A stretch of 39,390 nt of DNA from a virus (lineage: Duplodnaviria > Caudoviricetes), in IMG/VR virus record IMGVR_UViG_3300020045_006008, positions 1 through 39,390 of that record; one strand, given 5' to 3'. Position numbers and translations under genes: made by a program. The notes beneath the pieces are model-generated. The model ran no database searches and had not been told where the DNA came from. It saw only the letters and a list, made by a program, of their open reading frames with translations. Positions within the stretch are counted from its first letter, which is position 1; each line of letters opens with the position of its first letter. Positions 27,520-35,844 of the stretch are shown here, piece by piece.

Positions 27520-29592
27520 TTATATCACACTTGGCGCTTGTGGTTCAGTCGGAATTGTTGGTTGAGGCGGTAACTGTGGTGCAGAGTTTACAACATTAGG
27601 TATCTGTGCGCCTTGCGGCTCTTGACCTTGAGCTTGTGGCATCTGTGGATTGACAGTAGGCTGTATGGCCATGGATTCTTGTAGTTTAAGGCTTGCCATT
27701 GCAGTATGCTGTACAGCCATCAAGAATGTAGTAATTCGCTCTTGGGCATCGGCAGGTAGTTTAGCAAAGCGATTTGAGCCGACTACTCTGTTGAAGTGGT
27801 CAAAGTAAGCCTGTTTGTAATCATCACGTTCTTCTGGCTCTTTTTTAGCAATCAGCAATTGTATATCTGCTTCGGCATCAGTATCAATCTGCGATAGCTC
27901 AAGCGAATTGAGGTAATTTATAGGGTCAGTCTTGCTCTTTAAGTAGCGCTCCGTCCTCAGTTCTGGGTCTGGCAAGCCTAAGTCCTCCATAAATGTACGG
28001 TAATCAATTGCTTGGCCAGCGTTCCATAGTGCCATAGCGGTATTGCGAATCATTGACTTATCCAGAGGTAAGGTTGAATCAACTTCGACACCGACTCGGA
28101 CGTTAGAATCGATTAAATCACCGTTAAGCATGATGAACTCATATTTGCCGTCACCACCTTTGCACTGAAACCAATAGTCATCAACGTAGTAAACCCGCAT
28201 CATCTGTAGGAGTATTCGGTAGTAGTCTTCCATACCATCAGCCACTGCTTTAACCAGGTCATCTTGCAAAGCTGAGGCTTGCTCTTTGACCATTAAGTCA
28301 CGTCCAAGAGTATCTGAAGTCTTTGGCGACGCACCCCTAAACTGTGATGGCGTTCCCATCATCTGGTCGACTTCGTTGCGAGCATCATACAGTGTATTTT
28401 CAACATAAGTAGGCAAGGCTGAAGATGCCACGTTTTGTAGTGGGTTGGCCACTTCTTTCATATCCACCATTGCGACGGTCTTAGCGCCCTTATTCACAAG
28501 CTTTTGGGCATCTTCTTGGCTAAAGGCGTTCTTATCCGCTACCCAGCGACCATTAACATAGTCAGCGTTGTTCCAGATTTGTTGGCCACGCCTGTTAAGC
28601 ATTTCCTGTTGTGGGATAGCTTGCTCAATAAGGCAGGTCTCATCAATATATGATTTGCCAAAGTTCAAATAATTAAAGTGTACAAAAGGCTTAGGCGCAA
28701 ACGATAGGACGTTGGCTTGTTTCTCTTTCTTGCGAGATTTGAAGTACAACCAGTTTGGATTAGGCTTCTTGTCTAGGATTATATGTTTGTCAGGTATGAA
28801 CCAACAGACACCCTCTTTCGGGCCGTCAGGTGTAGAATAAGTAAACCAGCACTCATAGTAATATACAAACCTTGACAGTTGAGTATAGACACCTCGGTTG
28901 ATTCCATAGGCAGCGTATATCTCGTCTTTTTTATCAGGGAACTTAGCTGTCAGCTCGTCGATGGTACAGCCGACTCGGTGGTATATTTTGCGCGGGTTGG
29001 CTAAGAATCCAGCCGTCTGGTCAATGATAATATCTTCAGGGTTACAGACTTCAGTTACAATGTCACCGTAGATTCCTGCATTAGCGTCCCACCTAAGCTT
29101 TAGGTAACCACGCTTACGGGCAATTAGGTTGAGGGCGGCGGCACGAACCTTAACGTCTACCTTTTCATCTAAGGCGTGTTGATAAAGCGATCGTCCAATA
29201 TCCCTTGCAGCCTTTAAGTAGATTTGGTCACTCTTACTCGGCGTGATAGCCGGTTGAGCCAATCGTCCAGTAACATAGGTTAAGATGGCACGTGCCGAGG
29301 CGAGTAAGCGGTTATCTACATACTTGTTGTCCGACTTTAAAAACTCTTTGTCGTTTAGCTGGTCGCCGAGCAAGAACTCAACATTTTTAACATCAGTTTC
29401 TTTCAATCGCCACGGTTTCCTATTCCAGTAATCGGAGTCACTTTCTAGGGAGTTTATGAGCATCTTGTCCAGTAAGTCGTCAGACAAGTCGAGCGTCAGT
29501 TCGTCAAATGGTATATCATCCAGATATAGGTTAGTGAATGATTGCGAGTAAGCGTCTTTCTGTTGCATGAATGGTGAATTGGTTTGTGACAT
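27520..29592 (-). CDS. Portal protein (P22-like size)
   Basis: 690 aa after the terminase; YVDNRL, RGYLKLRWD, PEDIIID, KPFVHF, QEMLNRR motifs; Gln/Pro-rich tail. Confidence 0.85.
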   Translation of the reverse strand: MSQTNSPFMQQKDAYSQSFTNLYLDDIPFDELTLDLSDDLLDKMLINSLESDSDYWNRKPWRLKETDVKNVEFLLGDQLNDKEFLKSDNKYVDNRLLASARAILTYVTGRLAQPAITPSKSDQIYLKAARDIGRSLYQHALDEKVDVKVRAAALNLIARKRGYLKLRWDANAGIYGDIVTEVCNPEDIIIDQTAGFLANPRKIYHRVGCTIDELTAKFPDKKDEIYAAYGINRGVYTQLSRFVYYYECWFTYSTPDGPKEGVCWFIPDKHIILDKKPNPNWLYFKSRKKEKQANVLSFAPKPFVHFNYLNFGKSYIDETCLIEQAIPQQEMLNRRGQQIWNNADYVNGRWVADKNAFSQEDAQKLVNKGAKTVAMVDMKEVANPLQNVASSALPTYVENTLYDARNEVDQMMGTPSQFRGASPKTSDTLGRDLMVKEQASALQDDLVKAVADGMEDYYRILLQMMRVYYVDDYWFQCKGGDGKYEFIMLNGDLIDSNVRVGVEVDSTLPLDKSMIRNTAMALWNAGQAIDYRTFMEDLGLPDPELRTERYLKSKTDPINYLNSLELSQIDTDAEADIQLLIAKKEPEERDDYKQAYFDHFNRVVGSNRFAKLPADAQERITTFLMAVQHTAMASLKLQESMAIQPTVNPQMPQAQGQEPQGAQIPNVVNSAPQLPPQPTIPTEPQAPSVI

Positions 29593-29618
29593 TTGTTTCT
29601 ACCTCTGTTATATTACAT

Positions 29619-29658
29619 AAAAATAAGCCCGTCTGGGCTTTCCTCTAAGTTAAGTATA
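29619..29658 (-). promoter_or_regulatory. Late promoter plus conserved hairpin leader (portal copy)
   Basis: TATACT-6-AGAGGAAAGCCC AGAC GGGCTT ATTTTT. Confidence 0.75.
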
Positions 29659-29660
29659 CA

Positions 29661-29924
29661 CTACTTTAATTGAAAAAAGTACCATCTTTTGCACATAGGG
29701 CTTGGGCAACGCATACCAACTGAGGCATTAGAAGCATTGTGTGGGTCATAGAAATCAGTCATGGCGTAAACATCAGTGCCGTTTAGTTCAGCAATTGGCT
29801 GTTGGCAGTTCATACAGTGGAATGTCCAGTACTTAGGTCGGTCGGTGCGCTGTAGTAATACCAGCGTTCTGTAGCGTCTGTCTTGCTCTTCGTTAAATAG
29901 TTTCACAATTCTTATTTCAGTCAT
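29661..29924 (-). CDS. Zinc-ribbon protein resembling the Mu Com family
   Basis: FHCMNCQQPIAE...VGMRCPSPMCKRWY; between terL and portal. Confidence 0.55.
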   Translation of the reverse strand: MTEIRIVKLFNEEQDRRYRTLVLLQRTDRPKYWTFHCMNCQQPIAELNGTDVYAMTDFYDPHNASNASVGMRCPSPMCKRWYFFQLK

Positions 29925-31539
29925 CCATGCCACTCCATGTTTCTTGCATTATATCACGAAAGTCAGTGTTTACAACATCACCATTAGCTTCATGTGGGCT
30001 TACCTTTGTATCAGACTCACGATATGGCTCAACCAACTCCGAGCCACTGTTTAAGACCTTAGCTAGCCCAATACGAGCATAGGTTAGCGCAAATGGGTAG
30101 TCGCTTTGTTTGCCGTCCTTTTTGAGCCAAGTAGTGGTGGTCTTGCCGTCGGGTTTCTCAACTGTTGTCCTATAGAGATTGTTCCAGTGTTCAATCATAC
30201 CCTCTAACTCATATGGGCGTTGTCTGAATAACAACTTAGCGTCTGTGATTTCGTTAGCTACTATGTCTATAACTCTTGTGCGGTCAGCGTAAACAACTGA
30301 GCCATTCCATGATATGGTGTCCACGCCCTGCATAGTTTTGAAATAACACATATACCAGTCTCTATACTTTTGCGACATTAGCTTTGGATAGGTCGGGTAG
30401 GGATTTGGGTCACAAACTACGACTGCATTGTACATAAGTTTCAAGTGTTCGATTTTATCCCAGCTATCTACATAGCCGTAATCAAATACACCTTGTGGTG
30501 TCATAGCCACAAAGTACTGTCCACCAGCGTCTTGGTCTACACCTATTGATACCGGCAGCCTTGAGATGTTAGACGGCGCACAAGCCCTTAAAATGGTCTC
30601 ACGGTTCACAATCATGTCGGTTGGGGTGTAGGCTTTACCAAGTACGAAGTTATAAAAGAACTCAATATTAGATTCCTCGTATTGCTCGATGATTCGCTTG
30701 GCTGTTACCCACGGACACATCATCTGGTTAATCCAGTAGCCATGCCTATCTCTGCTCTGATACTTGCGAATCCACTCGCCCATGCGTCTATCATCATCTG
30801 ACAGTTCTAGGCCACACTTGCCACAGGCATAGATGAACTTGTCCTTGTCCACATAATGATTCAGCTCGCTACTTGGTTCAAAGTCGATATACATTCTATG
30901 GCCGCAATGATGGCAGGCTATGAACCAATGACGCTGGTCAGAATCTTGGTACAATGCATCAACCCCGAATCCTATCTTGCTAGGGTTACTAAAGCGCCAG
31001 CGCATGGGGTGTTTAGATGCCTGTAGGCGTGAATCGAAAGTATTAACAACGCCCATGTCGGGCATACGATCGTACTCATCAATCACCAATAAATCTCCGG
31101 ATATTGAAATAGCCTCTCGGTCAGAGAAGCCACCTTTAAAGTAAACGAATCTATCACCCACTTTTTTAAGTGACACTGAGTCATCGCTAACTATCGCTGC
31201 GATGGCAGGGTTGCTAGCTATCAACGGGTTGACTTTAGGCTTTACGAAATCATTAACGACGTTCTTGGTAGGCAGGGCGTAGATTACATTTAATTTCTTA
31301 TATATCAAAGTCCACATCGTCTTAAGGATAGCAAACACAGAGAAACCCACCTGTGCCGATTTTTCGCATACTATGTCGTCTGATTCGTCTGCATAAATAT
31401 CAATCATAAATCTATGGTTATGAAACTCTATGAGTTCCTGATTTTCATTTACAAAGTTATTGAGGTCTATCCAAGCAAGTGGGGTTGATGCCATATCGTC
31501 TGCTAGGTTTATATCATCTATGAGCTTAGGTTTAGACAT
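29917..31539 (-). CDS. terL: Terminase large subunit (lambda GpA-like)
   Basis: Walker A KSAQVGFS, Walker B LLVIDEYD, FSNP motif, CHHC/CGKC zinc finger, GVDQ nuclease. Confidence 0.92.
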   Translation of the reverse strand: MSKPKLIDDINLADDMASTPLAWIDLNNFVNENQELIEFHNHRFMIDIYADESDDIVCEKSAQVGFSVFAILKTMWTLIYKKLNVIYALPTKNVVNDFVKPKVNPLIASNPAIAAIVSDDSVSLKKVGDRFVYFKGGFSDREAISISGDLLVIDEYDRMPDMGVVNTFDSRLQASKHPMRWRFSNPSKIGFGVDALYQDSDQRHWFIACHHCGHRMYIDFEPSSELNHYVDKDKFIYACGKCGLELSDDDRRMGEWIRKYQSRDRHGYWINQMMCPWVTAKRIIEQYEESNIEFFYNFVLGKAYTPTDMIVNRETILRACAPSNISRLPVSIGVDQDAGGQYFVAMTPQGVFDYGYVDSWDKIEHLKLMYNAVVVCDPNPYPTYPKLMSQKYRDWYMCYFKTMQGVDTISWNGSVVYADRTRVIDIVANEITDAKLLFRQRPYELEGMIEHWNNLYRTTVEKPDGKTTTTWLKKDGKQSDYPFALTYARIGLAKVLNSGSELVEPYRESDTKVSPHEANGDVVNTDFRDIMQETWSGMDD

Positions 31540-31591
31540 CTATTTGTACTGAGCCGTATATTTCGGCACTCCTTTTGTTTTACTATATCAT

Positions 31592-31972
31592 CTATGATTT
31601 ATTACGCAGGTATTCTGCGTATGCTGCTGCCTTTGCTGGGTCTGCTGTACCTGTAGTTATCTTCTCGCCGTCAGTGGTAATGTCTATGTTCGTGCCAAAT
31701 CCGTTCTTGCTCAGCCATTCCATAGCCTTTGGATCACCGGCCAGAGCTTTAGTAAACGCCACATAAGTTAAAGCAGTCCAGCCATTATTGCCGTAAGTCT
31801 GACGCATTTTATCTTTGTCTTTAAGAGTAGTCTTATTCCAATCGATGTTATTACCTATCTCTTGTATTAGAGTCTTAAGGTGTTTGCTCCCTGCTTTGGC
31901 GTGTCCACCTTTAGCCCCCATTTCAGCTGCGTTCTCGGGTGTAAACGGTGTCAATTGCTCTGGTACTGGCAT
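31592..31972 (-). CDS. terS: Putative terminase small subunit
   Basis: LTPFTPENAAEMGAKGG, KALAGDPKA, IDITTDGEKI; immediately upstream of terL. Confidence 0.7.
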   Translation of the reverse strand: MPVPEQLTPFTPENAAEMGAKGGHAKAGSKHLKTLIQEIGNNIDWNKTTLKDKDKMRQTYGNNGWTALTYVAFTKALAGDPKAMEWLSKNGFGTNIDITTDGEKITTGTADPAKAAAYAEYLRNKS

Positions 31973-32064
31973 AATGCTATCCCAACGCTATTGCTGGTGT
32001 TCCATCTTCCCAGCCTTCTTCGTTAGTATCGCCCATAATGCCTATAGTATAACATTTATGGTAA

Positions 32065-32189
32065 CAAATAAACAGCCCCCTTTGATAGGAGCTGTTTCAA
32101 TTTTCTATAATTATCAGGCTACGCAATCATTTATAGTTGACCATTTACCTGATATAACGGTGATACGCATAATTCATTCTCATCGTTAT
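32065..32189 (-). ncRNA. Candidate structured small RNA (~125 nt)
   Basis: TTGACA-17-TATACT (32224-32196); two hairpins; terminator at 32070-32097; only a 12-codon ORF. Confidence 0.5.
32070..32097. terminator. Intrinsic terminator separating the early region from the terminase operon
   Basis: AAACAGCTCC-loop-GGGGCTGTTT followed by ATTT on the minus strand. Confidence 0.7.
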
Positions 32190-32567
32190 ATATACAGTAT
32201 AGCACAGATGTGTTTATTTGTCAACTATTGTCCTTAATTTAATTTGTTTTTTGATGTCTCGGTAAGTCTTATCGGCTTCAAAGTCTAGTTTGAACGTGCT
32301 TAGTTTACTAATAGTAGTCCTTTGGTTAATTAATATGACAACCCTGGCGGGGTTTCCCCCGCACTCGACGTCTCTCAAAGGGTCATAAGTGTTGTAAGGT
32401 GCGATTAGATGTATGGTGCTAACAACTTAGAGGAATGCTCACAGAACCTCCGTCTCCTAAATCGCCAGCACTATTACATCTAATTGTTAATCTTAGTTCA
32501 GTTGCCAGCGAGGTGAATCGCTATGGATAACTTAATTTAGGCAACTTGGTGTCCTGACAGACTGTAT

Positions 32568-32783
32568 CTATTTTACCACTTTTTTAGGACGGCGGCTTAT
32601 CGTCCCCCCGATTTTACCCAGTTTAGAAGCTAAATCAGGTCGTACGGCAAAGCCTTTTACGATACCAGATACCTTGCCCCCCTTACTGGAAAGAGAGTGC
32701 ATGTAGTCTAGGTATGCTTCGTAGCTGCCGTACTTAGCGATCATCTTATTCCGTAGTGTTTGTCCGCCCTTAACTGTGTTCAT
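32568..32783 (-). CDS. Small basic KGG-motif protein
   Basis: SKGGKV..GFAVRPDLASKLGKIGGTISRR. Confidence 0.7.
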   Translation of the reverse strand: MNTVKGGQTLRNKMIAKYGSYEAYLDYMHSLSSKGGKVSGIVKGFAVRPDLASKLGKIGGTISRRPKKVVK

Positions 32784-32784
32784 A

Positions 32785-32856
32785 CTAAGCCCCCAACATA
32801 ATCAGGGCTAGACCAACGCCTGATGCAATAATTAGTGTTGCTGCGATTAGTAACAT
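32785..32856 (-). CDS. 23-aa hydrophobic peptide (not in ORF track)
   Basis: MLLIAATLIIASGVGLALIMLGA; fills the gap between two genes. Confidence 0.5.
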   Translation of the reverse strand: MLLIAATLIIASGVGLALIMLGA

Positions 32857-32863
32857 TGTTGCC

Positions 32864-33106
32864 TTAAATGCGAAGATTGTTGTTTTCATCTAGTTCCATT
32901 TCTGCCAGATATTTCTGGCTTCTTACTTCTAATAAATAATTGATTCGTTCCCTGATGTATATTAGTTTTTCATCATCACATCGGTCTAGCTTTTTATCCC
33001 ATAACTCACAATTTTTTATCCATTCTCCCTGCCTTTCGGTGATATATAATCCATGTAATATAAATTGTCTTTTGGTGGGCATCAAATCAGTTCCTCTTGT
33101 ATCCAC
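32864..33106 (-). CDS. Hypothetical protein
   Basis: ORF in the early operon; start may be 33082. Confidence 0.6.
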   Translation of the reverse strand: MDTRGTDLMPTKRQFILHGLYITERQGEWIKNCELWDKKLDRCDDEKLIYIRERINYLLEVRSQKYLAEMELDENNNLRI

Positions 33107-33369
33107 TTAATTTCTGGGTGGCTAATCTGCCAATAGATTACCTTACGTCCGGTGATGTCATTAGCTTTATAGGCTTGTTCGACAACTCCTTTATAGCGTA
33201 ACTCGTTTATTCTAGGAGTAACCTCGTTAATCGGTAAGTCAAGATGCAACGCTATAACCCGATTACAAGCCGGTTCTATAGTTTTTAATGCGTTGAATAC
33301 TTGATATTGTCTTTGGCCTAATGTACCGACTATCTTATCGTAGGCTTCTTGTGAGGTTGATTGGATCAT
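33082..33369 (-). CDS. Winged helix-turn-helix DNA-binding protein
   Basis: TSQEAY..RQYQVFNAL..CNRVIALHLDLPINEVTPRINELRYKGVV..TGRKVIYW. Confidence 0.8.
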   Translation of the reverse strand: MIQSTSQEAYDKIVGTLGQRQYQVFNALKTIEPACNRVIALHLDLPINEVTPRINELRYKGVVEQAYKANDITGRKVIYWQISHPEIKWIQEELI

Positions 33370-33566
33370 AAATCCTCCTCTAGTTCTTTATATAGGTCTA
33401 GCACTTTGTTTAAGGCTATCAATAATTCGTTTGCGGTGCTTGCACGATCCTCGAGTTTTCCTGAATCGTCGCCGCTCCACTCGCCCATAATTTCTTCACA
33501 CTTATTGGCAACCTCGTTTAAGGTTAATTCACCGTAACTTCTATACCCTCTCGTATTAAGCCTCAA
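33366..33566 (-). CDS. Hypothetical protein
   Basis: Overlapping start/stop with neighbours. Confidence 0.6.
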   Translation of the reverse strand: MRLNTRGYRSYGELTLNEVANKCEEIMGEWSGDDSGKLEDRASTANELLIALNKVLDLYKELEEDL

Positions 33567-33750
33567 TCCAGTTAGCTAAAGTGGCGTGATGTGGTGTATC
33601 TCTAGCTGTTAAGAACTCGGCTATGTATTCGATTGACTGGTCGATGACTGATATATGTTTAGTCCTGAGTATTTTAAGTTCCTCTGGCGTGTAGTCAATC
33701 ATCAGCCCTAGTTGGTCTCTTAAATGTTGTTCTTTGGTGTCTAGTTTCAT
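33556..33750 (-). CDS. Hypothetical protein
   Basis: AAGGGG SD; first gene after an operator-containing promoter. Confidence 0.65.
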   Translation of the reverse strand: MKLDTKEQHLRDQLGLMIDYTPEELKILRTKHISVIDQSIEYIAEFLTARDTPHHATLANWIEA

Positions 33751-33782
33751 ATAAATCCCCTTCGTTGGTTTGTTATGTCTCT

Positions 33783-33811
33783 ATTGTACGCTTACGTTTA
33801 TTGTTTGTCAA
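33783..33811 (-). promoter_or_regulatory. Early promoter with operator AAACGTAAGCG (33789-33799)
   Basis: TTGACA-17-TACAAT. Confidence 0.8.
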
Positions 33812-33868
33812 TGATTTCATGCTTTTCATTTAGTATATCTACAAATATCGTGTCCGGCTGATCGTCCA

Positions 33869-33997
33869 TCATTCCCACCTCGTTATAAACTCTTTACGTC
33901 TGCCACATTTCTCACAGGAGTATTCTGACCAGTAGAAGTCAGTATGGGTGACTAAGTGCCAATCATGTTTACAAAATAACCTCTTAAGCCAGCTCAT
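33869..33997 (-). CDS. Small zinc-binding phage protein (DUF1660-like)
   Basis: MSWLKRLFCKHDW...CEKCG; GAGG SD; ATGA overlap. Confidence 0.65.
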   Translation of the reverse strand: MSWLKRLFCKHDWHLVTHTDFYWSEYSCEKCGRRKEFITRWE

Positions 33998-34116
33998 TTC
34001 TTGTCCTCGAAAAAGCCAATTACAAACGCACATATTATAACTATCATCCACCCAATAATAGGGATTACTACGAATACAAATATGAATGCCATTACGATTG
34101 TCCAAAATAAACTCAT
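33994..34116 (-). CDS. Small membrane protein (40 aa, not in ORF track)
   Basis: MSLFWTIVMAFIFVFVVIPIIGWMIVIICAFVIGFFEDKK; ATGA overlaps at both ends. Confidence 0.65.
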   Translation of the reverse strand: MSLFWTIVMAFIFVFVVIPIIGWMIVIICAFVIGFFEDKK

Positions 34117-34292
34117 TTCCCAAATACCTCGTTAATAAAACTTGTGGTCACAGCATCAACTTCAAATCCAGCCTCATCTCGCATATTAATTGCCCCACTC
34201 AGCATTAGTTCATAGAGTTGGTCTTTGGCTTCTTGAAGTTCAGGTTCTTCGCCTACGTTATAACAAAGTATCTCGTCTACTGTTTTACTCAT
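34113..34292 (-). CDS. Hypothetical protein (59 aa, not in ORF track)
   Basis: MSKTVDEILC...EVFGK; GAGG SD; ATGA overlap. Confidence 0.65.
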   Translation of the reverse strand: MSKTVDEILCYNVGEEPELQEAKDQLYELMLSGAINMRDEAGFEVDAVTTSFINEVFGK

Positions 34293-34479
34293 TTATAACC
34301 TCTCTGTCTGTGTAAATAGTTAATTTAAAAGTTCCGTTGTCGTTATGGGTAACTTTAGCATAAAAACCAGTTTGTATTAGTGCCATCGCTACAAGGTTAA
34401 CGCTTTCAATAAAAGCAAAATTAAAACTTGTGTGTTCGTGAATTTGTATAGAATCGACTATCGTTCTTTTTTTACTCAT
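34285..34479 (-). CDS. Hypothetical protein
   Basis: ORF with AAGGA SD. Confidence 0.65.
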   Translation of the reverse strand: MSKKRTIVDSIQIHEHTSFNFAFIESVNLVAMALIQTGFYAKVTHNDNGTFKLTIYTDREVINE

Positions 34480-34500
34480 ATTTCCTTACTCCCCAATAGG

Positions 34501-34803
34501 TTATCGAGTTTTAATCTCGTCATAAAATAAGTCGTTGAGTCTATTTTCCATATCTTCATCATCAGCATTAGCCGTTACAATATCTATGGCGTGTGTAAAT
34601 GCCTCAATTTGACCTTTTGTATTAGCCTCTGATTCTACTTCTCGGAGTAGAGATTTAATACGTTCTACTAGTTGTTTACTGGCTGGCTGAAATGATTCGA
34701 ACTGTGCGTCTTCGTTTTTTTCGCCCCTAGTTCTAACCTGCCCGTAGTGGAGCATATTGGCAATCGCCATAAATAGTTCATCATCTATATTCTTGGTAGT
34801 CAT
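34501..34803 (-). CDS. Hypothetical protein
   Basis: ORF; IKSLL motif shared with the neighbour. Confidence 0.65.
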   Translation of the reverse strand: MTTKNIDDELFMAIANMLHYGQVRTRGEKNEDAQFESFQPASKQLVERIKSLLREVESEANTKGQIEAFTHAIDIVTANADDEDMENRLNDLFYDEIKTR

Positions 34804-34806
34804 TTC

Positions 34807-35127
34807 CTATTTCTCCTTTGCTTGAGGATTTACCTCGATTAGTGTTGCGTTTGCTTTCCTTATCGCCTCACCTACAACTGATTGCCTATAAATACCGACA
34901 ATGCCGTCTAACCCAATCGCTATATATTCTTCTTTGCCTATATAATCAGTAATAATACGATTGTAGGCTTTAGCCCCGTTAATCCGTTCTTCTAAGATAA
35001 GAGATTTAATGGCTTGCGTTGCATTTTCTATCTCATTCTCTAACCCGAACTTTAATATTCTATCGTGCCTGTCTTGATAAAGTTCAATAAATATTTCTCT
35101 TATTCTCTCATCTAGTGTAGGGGTCAT
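34807..35127 (-). CDS. Hypothetical protein
   Basis: ORF; PTLD and IKSLI motifs. Confidence 0.65.
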   Translation of the reverse strand: MTPTLDERIREIFIELYQDRHDRILKFGLENEIENATQAIKSLILEERINGAKAYNRIITDYIGKEEYIAIGLDGIVGIYRQSVVGEAIRKANATLIEVNPQAKEK

Positions 35128-35345
35128 AGTAATTCCTTATTAATTTTAGTAATCGCATCATTCCAACCTCTAGCACGTTCTTCGTTTTCTGTTGAATAGG
35201 TCGTTCCGTTTTCACACCGTTCATATACTGTAAAATTATTTTTCATCGGCGTGGGTCTAAAAACCTGCTTAGTAGTTTTCTTGAACCTTAGATAGTTAAA
35301 GTTTTTTGGTTTATCTAGTGTAGGGCTACTGGTTTGGTCTGTCAT
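35124..35345 (-). CDS. Hypothetical protein
   Basis: ATGA overlaps; GWNDA motif. Confidence 0.65.
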   Translation of the reverse strand: MTDQTSSPTLDKPKNFNYLRFKKTTKQVFRPTPMKNNFTVYERCENGTTYSTENEERARGWNDAITKINKELL

Positions 35346-35617
35346 AACTTTTCCTCTACTTCCTCAATCCAATCGTCCAAGCTCCTATCAAATATATCCC
35401 TGCGAAGCATACGACGTGGTTGTATCCGTTGTTTAATCTCGTTCCATATACCCTCTCGGTCATTCTTAACACGAGGATAGTAAAACATCGAGTTGGTGCA
35501 GTTATCGTCTTTTCTATTCCAAATTGCTAGTAACTGACCATCTCTGCCGAGTTTGTCATCGCCGTTGCAATCCCAATAAATATACCAGTCACTAGTAGAC
35601 CATCTACAATAACTCAT
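35342..35617 (-). CDS. Hypothetical phage protein (MSYCRW type)
   Basis: AGGTGG SD; ATGA overlap. Confidence 0.65.
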   Translation of the reverse strand: MSYCRWSTSDWYIYWDCNGDDKLGRDGQLLAIWNRKDDNCTNSMFYYPRVKNDREGIWNEIKQRIQPRRMLRRDIFDRSLDDWIEEVEEKL

Positions 35618-35658
35618 CTCACACCACCTTTCTTATCGTCTGTATTCATAACTGCTCC

Positions 35659-35844
35659 TCAATCAAAACTTAATATTACAGTTGATAAACTTTTCAAGAC
35701 ATGTTCTTCGCCTCTTTCCAAATATGCTTTTATAACGTCAGAATTGTGTCTTGTCGGAGGATAATCAATGCCATCTACCACAAACATATTTCTGACTTTA
35801 TCTATCTCTAAATGCTTCGGTATATATTTTACTTGTGTCTTCAT
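35659..35844 (-). CDS. Hypothetical protein
   Basis: ATGA overlap. Confidence 0.6.
   Translation of the reverse strand: MKTQVKYIPKHLEIDKVRNMFVVDGIDYPPTRHNSDVIKAYLERGEEHVLKSLSTVILSFD

Noticed and set aside
7839-27573. Numerous plus-strand ORFs opposite structural genes (also 5648-6554 minus, 566-832 minus)
   Set aside because: Antisense shadows of well-supported genes, with no SD or recognisable motifs
4966-29658. Hairpin motifs as N4-type virion RNA polymerase promoters
   Set aside because: No phage RNA polymerase gene, and the hairpins lie downstream of sigma70-type -10 boxes
31977-32036. 19-codon ORF upstream of terS (minus strand)
   Set aside because: Too short and featureless to support as a gene from sequence alone
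32330-32560. tRNA genes in structured intergenic regions (also 36711-36807)
   Set aside because: No T-loop GTTCRA or cloverleaf could be identified
33869-34123. 84-aa ORF as called in the track
   Set aside because: Better explained as a 42-aa gene starting at 33997 plus a 40-aa membrane ORF in another frame
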